32,000 bases of DNA from Magnetococcales bacterium DCbin4 (GCA_002753735.1 PEAN01000007.1:63883-95882), one strand, 5' to 3'. Positions 24,739 to 32,000 are shown, counted from the first letter of the stretch. Made by a program: numbers and translations. The notes: generated by a model not told the origin, from the sequence alone.

Positions 24739-24759
24739 TGTACGCATGCATTGTACGCA
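24739..24759. promoter_or_regulatory. Putative ccdAB operator
   Basis: tgtacgca-tgcat-tgtacgca: two identical 8-mers at 24739-24746 and 24752-24759 around an ATGCA core, 30-50 bp upstream of the ccdA start. Confidence 0.35.
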
Positions 24760-24850
24760 CAGTTTGCCGGCAGAGCAATATTCGGGGTGAACGTTCACAC
24801 CGTGGATCCATTTCGTCGGGGCCCATCCAGACACCCGTCTGCCGAGATGA

Positions 24851-25725
24851 TCACGGCAGCAAAGGCAGGCCCAGTTCGGCGAGGAATTGGTTGTGGCGCT
24901 GTTTGGCCGCAACGATCTTTTCCTCGGCGGCCATGAGGTCGGCATGAACTGCGGCAAGATCGATCTCTTCTTCCGCTTTTGCGGTGCTCACGTAGCGCGA
25001 GATGTTCAGGTTGAAATCATGCTCGTTTTCGATGATCTCCAATGACACACACCGCGAGTAGCGGGCTTCTTCCTTGCGGTGCCGGTAGGTGTCGATGATC
25101 TTTTCAATGTGTTCGGGCAAGAGCTGGTTTTGCCGCTTGCCTTTCTCGTAGTGTTCGGCGGCATTGATGAACAGCACATCATCCGGCTTCTTGCATTTCT
25201 TCAGCACCAGGATGCACACCGGGATGCCGGTGGAGAAGTGCACAGTTGTCCATTACGGTCGGCATAGGTTTTGCCCAGCTTGTCCGAGGCCAGGCTGATT
25301 TCCGAGAACAGCCCACGGAAGGTGCTGTCGAAGGATTCGTTCTCGATGTATTTGAAGCCATTTTGCAGTGAGGCCAACAACGCCTCGTCCTGCGTGCGCG
25401 CCATCTCGGTCAGGCTGGTCCACAGGTATTCCGGGCGGATCACGTAATGCACCTTGCGGCGCATCTGCTTTTCGAGTTGCGCCGTGTCGTTCGGGTTTTG
25501 CGTATACCACACCGCCAGCGGCGCACGGTGGTCGCCTTCGGGCATTGTGGGATAGTCCGGCCCAAGCTCCTTATGCGCCGCCGCTTCAAAGTTGTCGGAC
25601 AGGTGGCGCAGGAACAGAAAAGCCAGCATGTAATCGCGAAAATCGTCCGCGTTCATCGCCCCGCGCAATTGGTCGGCAATATTCCAGAGGATTTTGCCCA
25701 GCTTCTGTTTTTCGAGTTCGGTCAT
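24851..25725 (-). pseudogene. hsdM: Type I R-M methyltransferase subunit HsdM, inactivated by a large internal out-of-frame deletion
   Basis: ORF 25725-25201 is an HsdM N-terminal domain (LWNIADQLRGAMNADDFRDYMLAFLFLRHLSD...DKLGKTYADRN). ORF 25243-24851 is the HsdM C-terminus (FSTGIPVCILVLKK...NLNISRYV). The two meet within about 15 nt in different frames. No SAM-binding or NPPF/Y motif is present. Confidence 0.8.
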
Positions 25726-25790
25726 CCGTGGTCCAAAAAATCTGGTTCAATCGATTTGCGGGTTGTCCTGTTATTGTGTTTTACGATCCG

Positions 25791-26807
25791 TCATGATACA
25801 AGGCCGGTGCGATGTTTGATCTTGTTTTCCAGTGCTTTCAACTCGGCTTCGTCCTGCGCATCCGCCGCTTGCGCCTCTTGGGTTTTGCGGTGTTGGTCGT
25901 AGTTCAGAAACATCGGGGCAATCTGTTGCTCCATCCGCATGTGGCGCATGGACCCCGCCCCGGCCAGGAGGGGGAAATCATTCGCGGTGATGATTTGCCC
26001 AACGTTCTCCTGCCAGAAACTCATGTGGGTGATGGTTTGCCGTTTGGCGCGCAATTCGGCGGTTTCCAGAAAGATGACCACCAGTCGGTTCAGGGTGTCG
26101 ATTTCATCTTCGGTCAAATAATTCTTGGCAATTATAATATCTTGCTTGCGTACCCGCGCGCCTTTCCAACTGAGCAGGCCAAAGTGTGCATCTGCGGGGT
26201 TGGCGCGGGCGAGGATGATTTCGGCGGCGGTTTGCCGTGTCACCGCGTACAATAGCAGGTATTGCACCGTGGCGAAAAATTGCTGGGTAGCCCGATCGGA
26301 CTTGTCGTAATCGACTGCCAGTGCGAACAGGTCGCGCACCTTTTGATAAAACCGCTTTTCCGAGGCACGAATGTCGCGGATGCGCGCCAGCATCTCATCG
26401 AAATAGTCCGGGCGGCCATCGGGGTTCTTGAGCCGCTCGTCGTCCATGGCAAACCCCTTGCGCAGATATTCCGTCAGCACTGTACTGGCCCATCGGCGAA
26501 ACTGAACCCCGCGCGGCGAACGCACGCGGTAGCCCACCGCCAGAATGGCGTCGAGGTTGTAGAGGGTGACCGGGCGGCGCACGTCCCGGGCACCCTCGGT
26601 TTGAACTACCGAGGATTCCTCGGTAGTTGCTTGCCAAACCAGTTCACCATCGGCATAGATATGTTTGAGATGCAGCCCGATGTTGTCCGTACTGACCTTG
26701 AACAGCTCCGCCATCTCACGTTGCGTGAGCCAAACCGTGCCCCGGTCGGCCCGCAGTAGCAATCGGCTTTGCCCGTCTTCGCTGGTGTAGAGGATGAGCT
26801 GCGTCAC
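25791..26807 (-). CDS. rhuM: RhuM-family protein
   Basis: LILYTSEDGQSRLLLRADRGTVWLTQREMAELFKVSTDNIGLHLKHIYADGEL and the downstream YNLDAILAVGYRVRSPRGVQFRRWAS are characteristic of RhuM. 338 aa, apparently intact. There is a 4-nt overlap with hsdS. Confidence 0.8.
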   Translation of the reverse strand: MTQLILYTSEDGQSRLLLRADRGTVWLTQREMAELFKVSTDNIGLHLKHIYADGELVWQATTEESSVVQTEGARDVRRPVTLYNLDAILAVGYRVRSPRGVQFRRWASTVLTEYLRKGFAMDDERLKNPDGRPDYFDEMLARIRDIRASEKRFYQKVRDLFALAVDYDKSDRATQQFFATVQYLLLYAVTRQTAAEIILARANPADAHFGLLSWKGARVRKQDIIIAKNYLTEDEIDTLNRLVVIFLETAELRAKRQTITHMSFWQENVGQIITANDFPLLAGAGSMRHMRMEQQIAPMFLNYDQHRKTQEAQAADAQDEAELKALENKIKHRTGLVS

Positions 26808-27469
26808 GCCGACTCCTCGTCCTGCGCGGGGAAAAGCTGCTGCATCAAACTCTTTTTGTGGCGCTTCAAGATCTCAAGCTTTTGCTCTTGGGCGGCGATG
26901 AGGTCGTCGAGGGAGGAGAGGCAGTCGGCGATTTTTTGTTGTTCTCTATGGGAAGGGATGACCACCCTGATACTTTCCAACGTACTTTTATTGACAGAGG
27001 GAACGGCACCACCACAATGGGCGTTCAAATCAATTAATTGCGAGAGTAGGAATATGAAGTAATTGTCAGCAAAACTATTCTTAGCGCTGATCCCTGCCGC
27101 ATTATTGTCTATCAGACATTCAGTCGCGGTGAGTGCACGTCTGTTAAGTCGCAGTGCCTCTCCAATCTTTGCAAAGACCGTGCTGCCTGTAGGTAGTGGC
27201 TTTGCCCTCAGCTGTATTAATTCTTCATCGTCAATATAGTTGCTTGCCTTGCACAAGATCCCTCCTTGTTCGGCAACGGCCCTTGAAATGTCACTTACTT
27301 TGCAAAATGGATATTTGCCTTTTATTTTTCCCTGTAAGACCTCAGGAAATCCATAACCTTGAAGGACATTACAAACATCTCCAAGCTTTTCGTTTTCCCA
27401 CTCCCCCGCCTCCCGAAACTCCGGAAACCGCAGCCGGGGCACCAGGGGGCGTTTCTTCTTCCCGCTCAT
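26804..27469 (-). CDS. hsdS: Type I R-M specificity subunit HsdS, half-size (single target-recognition domain)
   Basis: VPRLRFPEFREAGEWENEKLGDV at the N-terminus, one AT-rich variable region, then the conserved helix PSHREQQKIADCLSSLDDLIAAQEQKLEILKRHKKSLMQQLF. At 221 aa it is about half of a normal HsdS. Confidence 0.8.
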   Translation of the reverse strand: MSGKKKRPLVPRLRFPEFREAGEWENEKLGDVCNVLQGYGFPEVLQGKIKGKYPFCKVSDISRAVAEQGGILCKASNYIDDEELIQLRAKPLPTGSTVFAKIGEALRLNRRALTATECLIDNNAAGISAKNSFADNYFIFLLSQLIDLNAHCGGAVPSVNKSTLESIRVVIPSHREQQKIADCLSSLDDLIAAQEQKLEILKRHKKSLMQQLFPAQDEESA

Positions 27470-28529
27470 GCCGTGCGCTCCTCTTCGTAGGCAGCCAAGC
27501 CCGCAATTTCTCGCCCCTGGGCCAGCTTGTGCAGCAGGGGGGCGAGTTCATCCATGAGGTTGAGTTCGGCCTTGGTGCGCGCTTTCCAGCCCAAATCCTG
27601 ACTGGCGAAAAGATCGGAGATGTGTTCGCCGTCGAAGATGTGTCGGCGCAGCACCGCATCGACAAACTCTTGCAGTGCCTGCGCCTCCAGCTTGTGGCGG
27701 ATGGCCAACTCGGTGATGGCCTTGGTTTTCTTCTCCGTCTTGAAGCGCTCGAAGCCGTCGCGGACGGTTTTTTCATCCAGTGCCTGCCCTACCGGCAGGC
27801 TGTGGATGTAGTCGGCGATGTCGTCGCGCTCCTCCAGAAACTTGGCATCCGACCGGATGAGGCCGATCAACTGCTCACGGGTCATGGTGCGCCTGCCGGG
27901 CACCGGCTGGGTCGAACGGGCGATGAGGCCCATGATATAGTCATAATCGATGATGGCGCTGGCAAAAAGCACGAACTCGAAAAATACCAGGTATCGGCGC
28001 GGTTGCTGACGATGAAGAGCTGGATGAAACACAAGAGCGTGTTGCCATAGCCATTGCCGGGGTCATTCTTGTAATCGATGATCTGCTGCATGGCACGGCG
28101 CGGATTGACAGAGAGGGTTTTCAGCTCGATCTGCACCACCGGCACGCCATTGATGAGCAGCACCACGTCGTAGCGGTGGTGGCTGCTGTGGTTGTTGATG
28201 CGAAGCTGATTGACCACCTCGAATGCGTTTTTGCACCAATCCTTGATGTTGACGAGCGTGTAGTTGAGCGGGGTGCCATCGTCGCGTTCGAAGGCGTTGA
28301 TGCTGCGCAACATCTGCGCGGCATGGAAGAGGTCGGGCGTGGTGATGCTGTCCAGGAGGCGTGCGGATTCGCCTTCGGTGAGCTTGACCCGGTTGAGGGT
28401 CTCGAACTTGACGCGGAAGTTGGTCTCCAGAGCGGCGCGGTCACGGATGTCGGGACGAGGGGTGTATTTAAGCTCGACCAGCTTGCCGATGAGGTCTTGC
28501 TCGATTTGGTGTTCTGATGTCGTCATCAA
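27466..28529 (-). pseudogene. hsdR: Type I R-M restriction subunit HsdR, inactivated by deletion of the whole helicase/translocase motor
   Basis: ORF 28529-27882 carries the N-terminal PD-(D/E)xK nuclease domain (YDVVLLINGVPVVQIELK...QLFIVSNRADTWYF). ORF 28032-27466 carries the C-terminal helical domain (FEFVLFASAIIDYDYIMGLI...). The junction tggtatttttcgagttcgtg (about 27975-27994) changes frame. No Walker A or DEAH motifs. The locus is 1.06 kb. Confidence 0.8.
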
Positions 28530-28562
28530 TCCATCCTTAAGATGCCGAATTTAAAAAAATAT

Positions 28563-28688
28563 TAATAAAAAAAAGGTGCCTTAAGGGATTGCCCCCAGGG
28601 TTTTGATTTTGGTTTTGGTTTTGATTTTGATTTGACATCCCCCACAGGGGGTCTGGGGGACGAAGTCCTCCAGGGTTTTGATTTTGAT
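28563..28688 (+). repeat. Intergenic repeat, copy F: two-hairpin subfamily with an internal GATTTT/GGTTTT microsatellite
   Basis: aaaaaaaaggtgccttaagggattgcccccagggttttgatttt, then (ggtttt/gatttt)n, then gacatcccccacagggggtctgggggacgaagtcctccagggttttgattttgat. It aligns with the reverse complement of copy D. Confidence 0.8.
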
Positions 28689-28757
28689 GCGTATCTTCTA
28701 CCTGAAAGATCAACTATTTGACCGAATTTTTGAACATGCGGCCTTGAAGGATGCGCA

Positions 28758-28967
28758 TCAGTCGAACGTGTATTCCTCAAATACCTGTTCTTCCCTGGCA
28801 AGACGGATCACCTTGATCAGGGAATAGGGCAGATCGGGGTTTTCCTCGGCAATTTTGCCGATCCGGGACCAGTATTCGATCTGCCCGGGCAGGGAACGAT
28901 GGAAAACCTGGCCATGGCGTTTGGCCTCGGCCACCAGTTCATCGGAAAGTTCTATGTTTACAGGCAT
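28758..28967 (-). CDS. ParD-like (RHH-type) antitoxin, apparently orphan
   Basis: MPVNIELSDELVAEAKRHGQVFHRSLPGQIEYWSRIGKIAEENPDLPYSLI resembles ParD-like antitoxins. GAAGGAG lies 7 nt upstream of the ATG at 28967; the track ORF extends to 29141 into asnB. Confidence 0.6.
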   Translation of the reverse strand: MPVNIELSDELVAEAKRHGQVFHRSLPGQIEYWSRIGKIAEENPDLPYSLIKVIRLAREEQVFEEYTFD

Positions 28968-29041
28968 CCCATTCTCCTTCAATGTTGGGTTCATATTAAT
29001 CCAAAACGGACCGGGAAGGAACCTGAGGAAAGGAGTAAAAA

Positions 29042-30931
29042 TTACGGAAACGCATGTCTCAAACAGGCATCGAACTGCATGACCGCCCACAAGGGTTGAC
29101 TGAATTCTCGTCGGCCTTGAAGGTGTTCGTCGATCATCCATCCTAAAAATTCAAGATTCAATCCCCCCGGGGTGGCCAGACGGGGTTCGGTGGTGAGTTG
29201 TTGGAGACGTGGCGCCAGGGGGTGTCGCAACCATTGGGCAATCGGGGCGATGAAGCCCATTTTGGGGCGGTTCAACAATTCTTTTCCCAGCAGTCCGGTC
29301 AACCCCTCTTTGAGCAGGGATTTCCCGACGCCACGGTGCAGTTTGAATTCCGCCGGGAGTTGGAGCATCCAGGTGACCAGTTCATGATCGAGCAGGGGGA
29401 CGCGGACCTCCAGGCCATGGGCCATGCTGGCGCGATCCACCTTGGTGAGGACCCGTCCGGCGAGAAAGGTTTTGAAGTCGAGATATTGTAACCGTGCCAG
29501 GGGGTGTTCGGGGGCGAAGGGTGCCAGTTGCCGAAAAACTTCCCGTCCCTGATACCCCTGAAGCGATGCATGCAGGGCAGGGGAGAAAAGTCGTTGGCGC
29601 AGGGCTGCGGGCATGATGGAGACCGCCTGGAAATAGCCGTCAATGCTATCGGTGGCAAGCGACTGGAAGGTCGATTTGGCCCGGAACATCCGGGGGAGGC
29701 GGTCCCCTTTGGGATAAAACCGCCCCAGGGGGCCGAACAACATCCGGCGCAGGTTCAAAGGGAGAACCGCCTTGACCCGTTCTTCCACCATGACCCGCCG
29801 ATATCGGTCGTACCCCGCCATCGCCTCATCGCCGCCATCGCCCGAAAGGACCACCTTGACCCGTTTCCGGGCCATGTCGCAGACCATCCAGGTGGGCAGG
29901 GAGGAATGGTCGGCGAACGGTTCGTCATGGTGCCAGGCCAGACGGTCCAAAAGATGAAAATGGGTCGGATCCGCTTGTTCCACCTCATGCCGCAAACCGT
30001 GTTTCCGCGCCACTTCGGCGGCCCATCGGGTTTCGTCGAAGGCGGGATCGGCAAACGAAACGGTGCAGGCGGTGACGGGGGCGCTTTGGGCCTGGGCCAT
30101 GAGGGCGGCCACGGCGCTCGAATCAACCCCGCCCGACAAAAAAGCAGCCAGTTCGACATCTGCAATCATGTGGCTGTGGACCGCTTCCCGCAACCGCACC
30201 ATCAACTCCTCCCGGGCCGCCGCCCGGTCGGGGTGGGGGCGGGGTTCAATGGCCAGATCCCAGTAACGTTGTGGGGGCGGTATCGATTGTCCCGTTGTGA
30301 GTTCCATCTGGTGTCCGGGGGGGAGCTTATGGGCGCCAGCAAACAACGTCAGGGGGTCGGGCACATATCCCAGGGCAAAAAAACATTCGATGGCCCGTGG
30401 TTCCAGGATCCGCTCGAACCGGGGATGGGCGGTGATCCCCTTGAGTTCCGAGGCGAATGCCAGCCAGCCATCCTTGAGCAACGCCCAATGTAAAGGTTTG
30501 ATCCCCAACCGGTCGCGCGCCAAAAACAGGGTCGATTTCTTCCGGTCATGAATGGCAAAGGCGAACATCCCGCGCAATCGATCGGTCAGGCCGGGTCCCC
30601 AGGCTTCCCAGCCATGGACCAGGACTTCGGTATCGCTGCGGGTCGCAAAACGATGGCCCAGGGCGATCAATTCATCGGTCAAGGTTTGAAAATTATAGAT
30701 TTCGCCGTTGAAGACGACGGCGATCTGGCCATCTTCGTTGAACAGGGGTTGTCCGCCCCCCTCCAGGTCGATGATGGAGAGCCGCCGATGACCCAGGCCG
30801 ACGCCGGGGGCCAGGTGCAACCCTTCACCATCGGGTCCGCGATGGCGCTGGCTTTGGTTCATCCCCGCCAAAAGATCACGTTCCGGGATCCGCATCCCGG
30901 TCAGATCAAACAATCCTACGATTCCGCACAT
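29042..30931 (-). CDS. asnB: Glutamine-hydrolysing asparagine synthase family amidotransferase (AsnB-like; its size fits the exosortase/EPS-associated amidotransferase type)
   Basis: The N-terminus MCGIVG carries the catalytic Cys2 of class-II glutamine amidotransferases, with HRGPDG and RLSIIDL. The synthetase domain has the PP-loop-like FLSGGVDSS. 629 aa. Confidence 0.85.
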   Translation of the reverse strand: MCGIVGLFDLTGMRIPERDLLAGMNQSQRHRGPDGEGLHLAPGVGLGHRRLSIIDLEGGGQPLFNEDGQIAVVFNGEIYNFQTLTDELIALGHRFATRSDTEVLVHGWEAWGPGLTDRLRGMFAFAIHDRKKSTLFLARDRLGIKPLHWALLKDGWLAFASELKGITAHPRFERILEPRAIECFFALGYVPDPLTLFAGAHKLPPGHQMELTTGQSIPPPQRYWDLAIEPRPHPDRAAAREELMVRLREAVHSHMIADVELAAFLSGGVDSSAVAALMAQAQSAPVTACTVSFADPAFDETRWAAEVARKHGLRHEVEQADPTHFHLLDRLAWHHDEPFADHSSLPTWMVCDMARKRVKVVLSGDGGDEAMAGYDRYRRVMVEERVKAVLPLNLRRMLFGPLGRFYPKGDRLPRMFRAKSTFQSLATDSIDGYFQAVSIMPAALRQRLFSPALHASLQGYQGREVFRQLAPFAPEHPLARLQYLDFKTFLAGRVLTKVDRASMAHGLEVRVPLLDHELVTWMLQLPAEFKLHRGVGKSLLKEGLTGLLGKELLNRPKMGFIAPIAQWLRHPLAPRLQQLTTEPRLATPGGLNLEFLGWMIDEHLQGRREFSQPLWAVMQFDACLRHAFP

Positions 30932-32000
30932 CGAAACGCCATCTGCGCAACCCCTTTCGGGTCAGGTGGGAAATCAACATTCCCGGTGGCATTCGCAGCC
31001 AGTGGGAACGCACATAAAGCAGACTCCAGGCCAGCCAGGAGGTGAATTCCAACCGGTCGGGATTGCCCGGGGTCATGATCCGGGCGATGAGTGGGTTCAT
31101 GAGGGTCCTGGCAAGGAGTCCCGGTCCCCGGGGTTCATGCTCCATCGCCTCAAGGATGCCATCGGGAATGGGGGTTGCCAACAACTTTTTGCAAAAATGC
31201 AGGGCATAATACACAGGTCGGATCAAGTCCAACGCCTGGGCGCGTGGGAGGAGGAGGCTCCAGAAGGTTGTGTCCGTCGCCCAATGACGGAACAGGCCAT
31301 CCAGATCCAAGAGTCCCCGCAACCCCTTGTCGAAATCGCTGTCGTAGAACAGATGGACGGCGGCGTGGATGACCAGATCGGTGGGGGCCAGGGTTTTGAG
31401 GTCGGGATGGTCGGGCAGGATCCGGGCCGCCTCGAAGAGCAGTCGGGGATCGGGGCGCAACCGGCTGGTTTTGGGCAGGATGGTGTGATGAATGTCGAGT
31501 TCGGTCATCCGTTGCCGATGGCGCAAGGGGGGGAGTTCGTGCATCCATTCCCGGTAGTAACGTTGATCGTAGGGATGGAGCGTCGCCGGTTGCCACCCAT
31601 GTTGTGCCATGAGGGTTTCGATACGGGGAAATGCCTGGGGATCCATCAAAATGTCAAGGTCGGACACATGCCGTCCCCGGGACATGGGGAGATCGAGAAA
31701 CACATAGGCCGCACCTTTGAGCAGGATGACCTCCAGGCCGCTTCGCCACAGGGCGCGTTGGACCCGGTTGACTTCCCAGAGCAACATCCGCCGGTCCTCC
31801 AGGGCCAGCATGCGGGCGCTCGTCAGGTGGTTGTTCACCCGGGGGGACAGATGGTCCAACAATCCCTGTTCCCGGAAGATGGCTTCCAGTCGTCCCAGAA
31901 GACCGGCACGCCGGGCCTGGCGCAACAAAAGATCCTGCCGGGCAGGTTCCAGGTGCGCAAATCGTTCCGGTTGAAAAAACAGTTGCACCAGCGTCACCAT
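30906..32000 (-). CDS. Uncharacterised nucleotidyltransferase family protein (NTP_transf_5-like); may continue beyond the window edge
   Basis: VILLKGAAYVFLDLPMSRGRHVSDLDILM...MTELDIHHTILP is the pol-beta-type NTase signature of this family. The ORF's first ATG sits exactly at 31998-32000, so the true start is unresolved. Its 3' end overlaps asnB by 26 nt. Confidence 0.7.
   Translation of the reverse strand: MVTLVQLFFQPERFAHLEPARQDLLLRQARRAGLLGRLEAIFREQGLLDHLSPRVNNHLTSARMLALEDRRMLLWEVNRVQRALWRSGLEVILLKGAAYVFLDLPMSRGRHVSDLDILMDPQAFPRIETLMAQHGWQPATLHPYDQRYYREWMHELPPLRHRQRMTELDIHHTILPKTSRLRPDPRLLFEAARILPDHPDLKTLAPTDLVIHAAVHLFYDSDFDKGLRGLLDLDGLFRHWATDTTFWSLLLPRAQALDLIRPVYYALHFCKKLLATPIPDGILEAMEHEPRGPGLLARTLMNPLIARIMTPGNPDRLEFTSWLAWSLLYVRSHWLRMPPGMLISHLTRKGLRRWRFDVRNRRIV

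Noticed and set aside
28590-28650. Tandem ttttga/ttttgg units that might be taken for a CRISPR-like or minisatellite array.
   Set aside because: The units are only 6 bp with no spacers, and they lie inside repeat copy F. This is a microsatellite expansion. No CRISPR array occurs anywhere in the window.
17055-28688. The inverted repeat copies D and F bracket 11.4 kb, suggesting a composite transposon or invertible segment.
   Set aside because: The interior contains core genes (ntrBC, dusB, engB, rsmB) and no transposase or invertase. The repeats are only about 100 bp and imperfect. Occasional homologous inversion remains possible but nothing here supports it.
29042-30931. The AsnB homologue read as a lasso-peptide cyclase (McjC-like).
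   Set aside because: It keeps the MCGIVG glutaminase nucleophile and has full AsnB length. No precursor peptide, B1/B2 protease or PqqD-like gene is visible in the window. I kept only the question about the cluster beyond 32000.

Overview
This is a 32-kb chromosomal window from a moderately GC-rich proteobacterium. The dusB(nifR3)-ntrB-ntrC block and a stand-alone F0 atpI-B-E-F operon look alphaproteobacterial or Magnetococcales-like, but that is inference only. Core genes: radA (3' end), a HAD hydrolase coupled to a ParB/Srx-like protein, a pqiA/pqiA/pqiB/pqiC MCE-transport operon, a signal-peptide acetolactate-decarboxylase homologue, a REC-PAS-PAS-GGDEF-EAL protein, atpIBEF, dusB-ntrB-ntrC, engB-rsmB, dedA and a PhnB-like VOC protein. 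Three parts look accessory. (1) About 10.1-14.6 kb holds an orphan phage-type switch: a CI/S24 repressor divergent from an 89-aa ORF plus a Mor activator, with paired ACGAAC-N5-GTTCG operators. There are no other phage genes. Two small ORFs and a short Ppx/GppA phosphatase lie downstream, and a sensor-less sigma-54 activator lies beside it. This is my best candidate for an undescribed module. (2) About 23.9-29.0 kb is a decayed TA/restriction island. It carries ccdAB plus a small wHTH gene, and a type I R-M locus in which hsdR and hsdM each have a large out-of-frame internal deletion while a half-size hsdS and rhuM stay intact. It also has an orphan ParD-like antitoxin with a 14-codon toxin stub. 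(3) The right edge has an AsnB-type amidotransferase overlapping an NTP_transf_5 nucleotidyltransferase, and that cluster continues beyond the window. A hairpin-rich palindromic intergenic repeat family occurs at seven or more loci; the best copy is 140 bp with perfect 46-bp terminal inverted repeats. Copies donate stop codons to upstream genes, sit inside the pqi operon, and separate the two in-frame halves of pqiA. I saw no rRNA, tRNA or CRISPR array. All calls rest on reading the translations and sequence by eye; no database search was possible.
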